Source of the DNA: a virus
Direction: 5' to 3' (one strand)
IMG/VR virus record: IMGVR_UViG_3300045988_004566
Length of the DNA stretch: 5,708 nucleotides
Part shown: positions 1 to 4,180 of the stretch, piece by piece
How positions within the stretch are numbered: position 1 is the first letter of the stretch
Layout: each line of letters begins with the position of its first letter
The notes under the pieces: generated by a model
What the model was told of the DNA's origin: nothing
Seen by the model: only the letters and a program-made list of their open reading frames with translations
Database searches by the model: none
Made by a program: the position numbers and the translations under genes

Positions 1-85
1 ACCTATGGGGCATGGGTCAAATAGAGATAGCACAAGCAGTGCCAGAAACATATAGATATGTTGCAGGATACGTAACAAAAAAAAT
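1..85. repeat. Wrap-around copy of 5624-5708 (terminal redundancy of a circular contig)
   Basis: Base-by-base identity with the last 85 nt of the window. The rep reading frame is continuous across the junction. Confidence 0.95.
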
Positions 86-443
86 GTATGAGATAAACGG
101 AGAAAAAGCAAATGCATATTACAATATGGGTCAACAAAAACCATTCGCTTGCATGTCGCTTAAACCGGGGTTAGGCGAGACTTACTATCAGAAACACAAA
201 GCCGAAATATGGAAAATGGGATATATACAATGCACGAACGGGAAAAGGGCACAAATTCCGCGATATTACGAAAAAATGATGGAAGCTGAAAACCCACAAA
301 GATTGTGGAGAATTAAGCAAAACAGACAAGCAGCAGCCATAGCAGAAAACCGGCTAAAGTACGAAAACGCAGACTTTGCAGAACAGTGCAAAACAAAAGA
401 AAGAGTCATCAAGAAACAGATGAAAAAGAAAGGGACACTTTAA
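1..443 (+). CDS. VP4: Replication initiation protein VP4, C-terminal part (codons phased from base 3; stop TAA 441-443). The full protein is 339 aa on the circle
   Basis: This is the same frame as 5047-5708 after subtracting 5623. It contains RCR motif 3 with two tyrosines, RYVAGYVTKK (Tyr codons 57-59 and 69-71), comparable to YVAKYVNK of phiX174 protein A. The track ORF 12-443 only starts at an internal Met. Confidence 0.93.
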   Translation, partial: LWGMGQIEIAQAVPETYRYVAGYVTKKMYEINGEKANAYYNMGQQKPFACMSLKPGLGETYYQKHKAEIWKMGYIQCTNGKRAQIPRYYEKMMEAENPQRLWRIKQNRQAAAIAENRLKYENADFAEQCKTKERVIKKQMKKKGTL

Positions 444-456
444 CAGTGTCATGGTG

Positions 457-499
457 TCACCTAGCCTAGTACCTATCAAGTAAGGACTAGGCTAGGTGA
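457..499 (+). other. Long hairpin just downstream of the rep stop
   Basis: A perfect 14-bp stem pairs 457-470 (TCACCTAGCCTAGT) with 486-499 (ACTAGGCTAGGTGA). After a bulged A471 it extends by 3 bp (472-474 with 483-485), leaving an 8-nt loop. No T-run follows. Confidence 0.8.
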
Positions 500-551
500 T
501 CGTCTAAAGGCTCCATGTATCAGACTATTCAGTCTATCAAATAATCCAATT

Positions 552-598
552 CACACGTGCGCACACGCGCGATAGCGCGCACGCGCGCACGCGCGATA
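552..598. repeat. Alternating purine-pyrimidine (CG/CA) tract forming an imperfect palindrome, with an internal direct repeat
   Basis: Strict R/Y alternation runs over 552-571 and again over 575-595. The 11-nt direct repeat CACGCGCGATA occurs at 564-574 and 588-598, extending to 16 nt with one mismatch (559-574 vs 583-598). The fold-back is centred on ATAG (572-575), with stems 567-571/576-580 and 556-562/585-591. Confidence 0.85.
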
Positions 599-633
599 TA
601 ATATTAACTTGTTGTAGGAGTAGTAGTAAGCAA

Positions 634-808
634 TGTGGAAAAGTTGAAAAGTACTAAAATTTAACACTAAAGCGTAAATAAAAAGCAAAAAACACTGTTG
701 AAAGTTTTGTTGAAAACTTGTTGAATTGTTGAAAGTCCGTCAAAATAACGAAAATCATTGTGCAACATTTTGTGGAAAACCTGTTGAAAGTGTTGAAAGT
801 GTTGAAAA
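634..808 (+). repeat. Iteron-like array: ten same-orientation copies of TGTTGAAAR in three clusters
   Basis: Copies start at 634 (TGTGGAAAA), 642 (AGTTGAAAA), 696, 708, 719 (TGTTGAATT), 727, 771 (TGTGGAAAA), 782, 791 and 800. Bases 782-808 are three head-to-tail 9-mers. The spacers are A-rich. Confidence 0.85.
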
Positions 809-899
809 CGCGCACAGCGCTAACAAGGAATGGATTAGCCGAGCTCCGCATACGCTACGCACGGCAGGGCGCTAAAGCGCCATTCAAACCAAAAAACAA

Positions 900-928
900 T
901 TGACGCGCGACAAAATATATGGTACAAT
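900..928 (+). promoter_or_regulatory. Sigma70-type promoter: -35 TTGACG (900-905), 17-nt spacer, extended -10 TGgTACAAT (920-928); A-rich UP-like tract upstream (885-899)
   Basis: Read directly from the sequence. The hexamers are near consensus, the spacing is optimal and a TG extension is present. It sits 25 nt upstream of the peptidase start, at the end of the long non-coding block. Expected transcription start is about 934-937. Confidence 0.7.
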
Positions 929-953
929 CCACAATAGAAAGCGAGGGAGCAAA

Positions 954-1343
954 ATGATAAAAAGCTATTTCATGGCCAGAGACGCAAACGAAAAAGTAGG
1001 ACAGCACTTTAAAGTAAAAGAATTTGCATGTAAAGACGGCTCACAAGTAGTATTCATAGACGAGCACCTAGTATCAATCTTAGACATTCTCAGAAACAAA
1101 ATCGGAAAACCAGTTATCATAACCAGCGGATACAGAACACCGGAGTGGAACAAAAAATGCGGAGGGGCAAAGTATAGCTACCACATGTGCGGCATGGCAG
1201 CAGACATCCGAGTAAATAAAATGAGCGCAAAAGAAATTGCCAACGAACTGAATGCAATCGTACCGGATGAATGCGGCATTATCGTATACAATAGTTGGGT
1301 ACATTTCGATGTACGAACCAGCAAATACAGAAAGGAGGTATAA
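954..1343 (+). CDS. Zinc D,D-/L,D-peptidase of the M15 (LAS, Peptidase_M15_3/VanY-like) type; putative peptidoglycan hydrolase, 129 aa
   Basis: The motif string matches the M15 family: FKVKEFACKDG...GKPVIITSGYRTPEWNKKCGGAKYSYHMCGMAADI...IIVYNSWVHFDVR. It shows SGYR, N..GG, S.H..G.AAD and VHxD elements. Putative zinc ligands are His 1182-1184, Asp 1203-1205 and His 1302-1304. SD GAGGGAG (943-949) precedes the ATG at 954. The track start at 900 (TTG) is the -35 box of the promoter. Confidence 0.85.
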   Translation: MIKSYFMARDANEKVGQHFKVKEFACKDGSQVVFIDEHLVSILDILRNKIGKPVIITSGYRTPEWNKKCGGAKYSYHMCGMAADIRVNKMSAKEIANELNAIVPDECGIIVYNSWVHFDVRTSKYRKEV

Positions 1344-1344
1344 A

Positions 1345-1467
1345 ATGGCACTGATTTCTATCAAAGACGTCAAACAGGCAATCCGAATCATGATGGATAT
1401 TCTGGAAAAGCTTGACGAAATCTATCACGCACTGCATGATACAATCAACGAAAAAGGAAAGGAGTAA
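1345..1467 (+). CDS. Hypothetical small protein, 40 aa (MALISIKDVKQAIRIMMDILEKLDEIYHALHDTINEKGKE)
   Basis: SD AAGGAGGT (1332-1339) lies 5 nt upstream of the ATG at 1345, which starts 2 nt after the peptidase stop. The protein is predicted helical with no hydrophobic segment, and I recognise no family. The track ORF 1252-1467 begins inside the peptidase gene and is too long. Confidence 0.55.
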   Translation: MALISIKDVKQAIRIMMDILEKLDEIYHALHDTINEKGKE

Positions 1468-1474
1468 GCCATTA

Positions 1475-1699
1475 ATGCGCAAAACATGGAACGTAAGAGA
1501 CCAGCCCAAAGAAGCACTGGAAATTCTGCTCGAACGAAAGTACAAAGAAATTGATAACAATTACAAGTTGCTTAAAAAAGTAACAAACATCGAAGACGCT
1601 AATAAACTGGTAAATGAAACTTTTCTAATGAAAAGCCTTGCAAACGACATCGAATTAGAACTAATGCGAAGGGAGTATAACAATGGCACAGCATCGTAA
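1475..1699 (+). CDS. Hypothetical protein, 74 aa, charged and probably coiled-coil
   Basis: The ATG at 1475 follows AGGAG (1460-1464) by 10 nt. The sequence is MRKTWNVRDQPKEALEILLERKYKEIDNNYKLLKK... I recognise no family. The track start at 1412 would overlap the previous ORF and has no SD. Confidence 0.55.
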   Translation: MRKTWNVRDQPKEALEILLERKYKEIDNNYKLLKKVTNIEDANKLVNETFLMKSLANDIELELMRREYNNGTAS

Positions 1700-1805
1700 G
1701 ACCATGAACGGCGCAAAAGACCGCCGTATGTTCAACGTAACCGCACGAAAGACAAAAACTATCAACCTTAGCCAGAAACCCATGCGCGGCGGCATCCGGC
1801 TGTAA
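1683..1805 (+). CDS. Small arginine/lysine-rich DNA-binding (packaging) protein, J / gokushovirus ORF8-like, 40 aa
   Basis: Hand translation gives MAQHRKTMNGAKDRRMFNVTARKTKTINLSQKPMRGGIRL, then TAA at 1803-1805. SD GGGAG (1671-1675) lies 7 nt upstream. The protein is strongly basic, and its C-terminal MRGGIRL matches the RGGIR(L/F) ending I recall for gokushovirus ORF8-type proteins. It is absent from the ORF track because it is too short. Confidence 0.7.
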   Translation: MAQHRKTMNGAKDRRMFNVTARKTKTINLSQKPMRGGIRL

Positions 1806-1822
1806 GAGAAAGGAAAACAACA

Positions 1823-2062
1823 ATGAAACACAATTATTATGGCATTTGGGATAGCGTAGCAAAATGCTATGCATGGGTAGGCGAAAGCAAAAACGATGCA
1901 ACGTTTGCACGGATGTGCAACGTAATGGCAAAAGACGAAAAGACTTTTATCGGCCAGAGTCCGCAGGACTACACCGGCTTTAAGCTGGCAGTGTTCGAAG
2001 ATGAGCTTGGCGCGTTCACAAACGATACCGAAAAGGTTTGGGAGGGCAAGCCGAATGAATAA
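1823..2062 (+). CDS. VP5-like small non-structural protein, 79 aa
   Basis: It sits immediately upstream of VP3, where gokushoviruses carry VP5. The pattern YYGIWDSVAKCY...NDATFARM...SPQDYTGFKLAVFEDELGAF resembles the Y.(V/I)YD.KA..F..PF...N...A.R.F...PEDY.L..LG.(Y/F)DDE.G.F pattern of that family, recalled from memory. A weak SD AAGGA lies at 1810-1814. Confidence 0.65.
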   Translation: MKHNYYGIWDSVAKCYAWVGESKNDATFARMCNVMAKDEKTFIGQSPQDYTGFKLAVFEDELGAFTNDTEKVWEGKPNE

Positions 2063-2465
2063 ACGATATGAAGAAGGGCGAGAGCCCTTCTTTTCAGAAT
2101 CAGGAGAAAAATTCCGAAAGCAATACATCTGGACAAAAGACGAGAAAGGGCAGGAAAAACTGCAAGAAACAGCACCAATTGACATCCAGCAAGAAATTGA
2201 GTCGTATTCAGATGAATGCGATATTAAAAACATTGTCCGAAAAGCTAGTTTCGATCCGCAGTTTCTGGAAAGTCTGTCACAGGGAGCACTAAACGGAACA
2301 GAAGTGGATATCACCGAATTCCCGCAGAACATTCACGAGTATCACAGGATGATAGCAACCGCACAAGCAAACGCAATGAAGCTTGAAGAACTGCAAAAAA
2401 TGGCAGCAGAAAAAGCAAAAGCAGAACCTAAAGCAGAACCTGAAGCGAAGGAGGAAGAAAAGTGA
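2055..2465 (+). CDS. VP3: Internal scaffolding protein VP3, 136 aa
   Basis: GGAGG (2041-2045) lies 9 nt upstream of the ATG at 2055, which overlaps the upstream stop (ATGAATAA). The conserved SDECDIKNIVRK block matches the (K/S)DECDINNI(M/V) block of Chlamydia-phage-type scaffold proteins. The C-terminus is acidic and lysine-rich. The stop overlaps the VP1 start (GTGA). Confidence 0.85.
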   Translation: MNKRYEEGREPFFSESGEKFRKQYIWTKDEKGQEKLQETAPIDIQQEIESYSDECDIKNIVRKASFDPQFLESLSQGALNGTEVDITEFPQNIHEYHRMIATAQANAMKLEELQKMAAEKAKAEPKAEPEAKEEEK

Positions 2466-4141
2466 ATCGAAACAATGAACGACACTTCAACCAAATTCCA
2501 GAAATGAAGGCAAGTCGAACACGGTTCAACCGAGACCAGACAATCCTCACAACATTTGACTCCGGAAAACTAATTCCGTTTTACGTAGATGAAGTATTAC
2601 CGGGCGACACCTTCAACGTAAACACATCAGCAATCATCCGGATGACCACACCGAAGTATCCGGTAATGGATGATGCATTCATTGATTTCTACTATTTCTA
2701 CTGTCCTAACCGTATTTTGTGGGAAAACTTCAAATACTTCATGGGCGAAGAAGAAAGCACGCCATGGATGCCATCGAAAGAATACAAAGTGCCAAAAATC
2801 AAAATTCAAGGAACAGATGAAGACCCAAAACCAGCAGAAAGAACAATCCTGGACTACATGGGAGTGCCCACAAAAATAAAGAAAGCATTCGAAATCAATG
2901 CACTACCAATTCGAGCATACGTAATGATCTGGAATGAATTTTTCAGAGATGAAAACGTAGACAATCAAGCAGCATGGAGAAAAAACGACAGTGATGTAGA
3001 ATACCAAGCAAGTGAAACTACAATAGATAGTCTGCTGAAACTCGCAGAAAACGGCGGATACTGCTTACCGGTAAACAAATTCCACGACTACTTTACCAGT
3101 TGTTTGCCGTATCCTCAGAGAGGGCCAGAAGTGACACTGCCGTTAAATGGTAACGCGCCAGTTGGAATGTATAAAAACACAGATCTAACAACGTTTGGAA
3201 CGGTAGGAGGACACACCACAATCTACTTAAACCAAGAGCTAAGCGGAAGCGCACTTGCGCCAAATATCGGCAACAGCCAAAACCCAAACTACAAAGGATA
3301 TTCGCAAGTAACAGGCAGCTCAGACCCGGGAAAGCAAGTGAACGACACGGCCTACTTAGGTGCAGACCTTAGCAAAATAACCGCAACAACTATCAACGAC
3401 TTGCGAAAAGCCGTAGCAGTACAGCAGTACTATGAAGCACTTGCAAGAGGCGGCAGCAGATACCGTGAACAGGTGCAAGCACTGTGGAACGTCACAATCA
3501 GCGACAAAACGGTACAGATTCCTGAATATTTGGGTGGTGGACGCTATCACGTCAACATGAATCAAATTGTCCAGACCAGCGGGCAGCAGAACAACACAGA
3601 TACACCCATCGGCGAAACTGGCGCAATGTCAGTGACACCGGTAAATGAAAGTTCCTTCACCAAATCTTTCGAAGAACACGGTTTCGTCATTGGCGTATGT
3701 TGTGTGCGACACAATCATAGTTACCAGCAAGGCCTGGAACGTTTCTGGAGTCGAAGCGACAAGCTGGACTACTATGTACCTCAGTTCGCAAACTTAGGAG
3801 AGCAGCCTGTAAAAAAGAAAGAAATCATGCTCACCGGCGAAGCAACAGATGAAGAAACGTTTGGTTATCAGGAAGCATGGGCTGACTACCGAATGAAGCC
3901 AAACCGGGTATCTGGTCTCATGAGAAGCAACGCAACAGGTACACTGGACTTCTGGCACTACGCGGACAACTACAGCACCGTACCGACATTAAGTCAGGAA
4001 TGGATGGCAGAAGGAAAAGCAGAAATTGCGAGAACGCTCATCGTACAGAATGAGCCGCAGTTCTTCGGTGCAATCCGAGTAGCGAACAAAACGACAAGAC
4101 GTATGCCGTTGTACAGCGTACCGGGCTTGTACAAACTGTAA
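2462..4141 (+). CDS. VP1: Major capsid protein VP1 (Microviridae F-protein family), 559 aa, GTG start
   Basis: Several hallmark motifs are present: N-terminal RHFNQIP...SRTRFNRDQ..LTTFDSGKLIPFYVDEVLPGDTF, plus TINDLRKAVAVQQYYEALARGGSRYREQ, IPEYLGGG and FGYQEAWADYR. AAGGAGG (2448-2454) lies 7 nt upstream of the GTG at 2462. The first in-frame ATG (2504) would delete the conserved N-terminus. Confidence 0.97.
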   Translation: MNRNNERHFNQIPEMKASRTRFNRDQTILTTFDSGKLIPFYVDEVLPGDTFNVNTSAIIRMTTPKYPVMDDAFIDFYYFYCPNRILWENFKYFMGEEESTPWMPSKEYKVPKIKIQGTDEDPKPAERTILDYMGVPTKIKKAFEINALPIRAYVMIWNEFFRDENVDNQAAWRKNDSDVEYQASETTIDSLLKLAENGGYCLPVNKFHDYFTSCLPYPQRGPEVTLPLNGNAPVGMYKNTDLTTFGTVGGHTTIYLNQELSGSALAPNIGNSQNPNYKGYSQVTGSSDPGKQVNDTAYLGADLSKITATTINDLRKAVAVQQYYEALARGGSRYREQVQALWNVTISDKTVQIPEYLGGGRYHVNMNQIVQTSGQQNNTDTPIGETGAMSVTPVNESSFTKSFEEHGFVIGVCCVRHNHSYQQGLERFWSRSDKLDYYVPQFANLGEQPVKKKEIMLTGEATDEETFGYQEAWADYRMKPNRVSGLMRSNATGTLDFWHYADNYSTVPTLSQEWMAEGKAEIARTLIVQNEPQFFGAIRVANKTTRRMPLYSVPGLYKL

Positions 4142-4151
4142 GAAAGGAGGA

Positions 4152-4178
4152 AGCCCGGAGAAATCCGGGCTATTTTTT
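4152..4178 (+). terminator. Intrinsic (rho-independent) terminator between VP1 and VP2
   Basis: A perfect 8-bp stem, AGCCCGGA (4152-4159) pairing with TCCGGGCT (4164-4171), closes a GAAA loop. It is followed by A then TTTTTT (4173-4178). Confidence 0.8.
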
Positions 4179-4180
4179 AA

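Noticed and set aside
77-84. An A8 homopolymer inside rep motif 3 (VTKKM), considered as a programmed slippage site
   Set aside because: It encodes the conserved Lys-Lys of the catalytic motif in frame and the ORF is intact. No alternative-frame product of any length follows.
1-85. The terminal direct repeat as a biological DTR of a linear phage genome
   Set aside because: The rep ORF is continuous through the junction and the gene content is that of a circular ssDNA microvirus. The repeat is a circular-assembly or window wrap-around.
597-602. A perfect TATAAT hexamer as a promoter -10
   Set aside because: No -35-like element lies 16-19 nt upstream, where the sequence is the GC tract (AGCGCG). 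The hexamer is more likely just part of the AT-rich segment next to the quasi-palindrome.
659-686. A possible dif-like XerC/D site, since gokushovirus and alpavirus prophages are reported to integrate at dif. ATTTAACACTA (659-669) resembles the complement of the XerD arm, ATTTAACATAA
   Set aside because: Only one arm matches, at 9 of 11 positions. After a 6-nt spacer the expected XerC arm is unrecognisable (AAATAAAAAGC), so there is no convincing 28-nt site. GTGCGCAC near 557 resembles an E. coli XerC arm but has no partner arm.
634-808. Whether the repeat array could be a CRISPR array
   Set aside because: The repeat unit is only 9 nt. Copies are adjacent or separated by irregular A-rich spacers of 0-45 nt. 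There are no 25-40-nt repeats, unique spacers or cas genes.
654-851. A 65-aa minus-strand ORF across the iteron array (…FNTFNTFNRFST…)
   Set aside because: The frame stays open only because the repeat unit is 9 nt, a multiple of three. The peptide is just the translated repeats. There is no SD upstream of 851.
900-953. A TTG start at 900 for the peptidase ORF, as given in the ORF track (147 aa)
   Set aside because: The TTG at 900 is the first half of the -35 hexamer TTGACG. The transcript probably starts near 935, and the ATG at 954 has the SD.
1411-1439. A possible internal promoter, TTGACG (1411-1416) with a 17-nt spacer and CATGAT (1434-1439)
   Set aside because: The -10 matches only 4 of 6 positions and lies within a coding region. 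I cannot distinguish it from chance.
2001-2054. An ATG at 2001 as the VP3 start; likewise 1252 and 1412 as starts of the two small ORFs
   Set aside because: These upstream starts lack SDs and would create long overlaps with the preceding genes. The downstream ATGs (2055, 1345, 1475) each follow a clear SD and sit at gene junctions.
2068-2292. A 74-aa +1-frame ORF inside VP3, very basic
   Set aside because: It has no SD and no hydrophobic segment or recognisable motif. Lys-rich alternative frames are expected in A-rich DNA. It would only be worth revisiting if the frame proves conserved in relatives.
1661-2332. A 223-aa ORF on the minus strand, antisense to the J-like, VP5-like and VP3 genes
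   Set aside because: The + strand is A-rich and T-poor, so its complement is depleted in stop codons (all of which need A) and yields long spurious ORFs. The product is Cys/Phe/Ser-rich junk with no SD upstream of 2332. It overlaps four well-supported + strand genes, and Microviridae are transcribed from one strand only.
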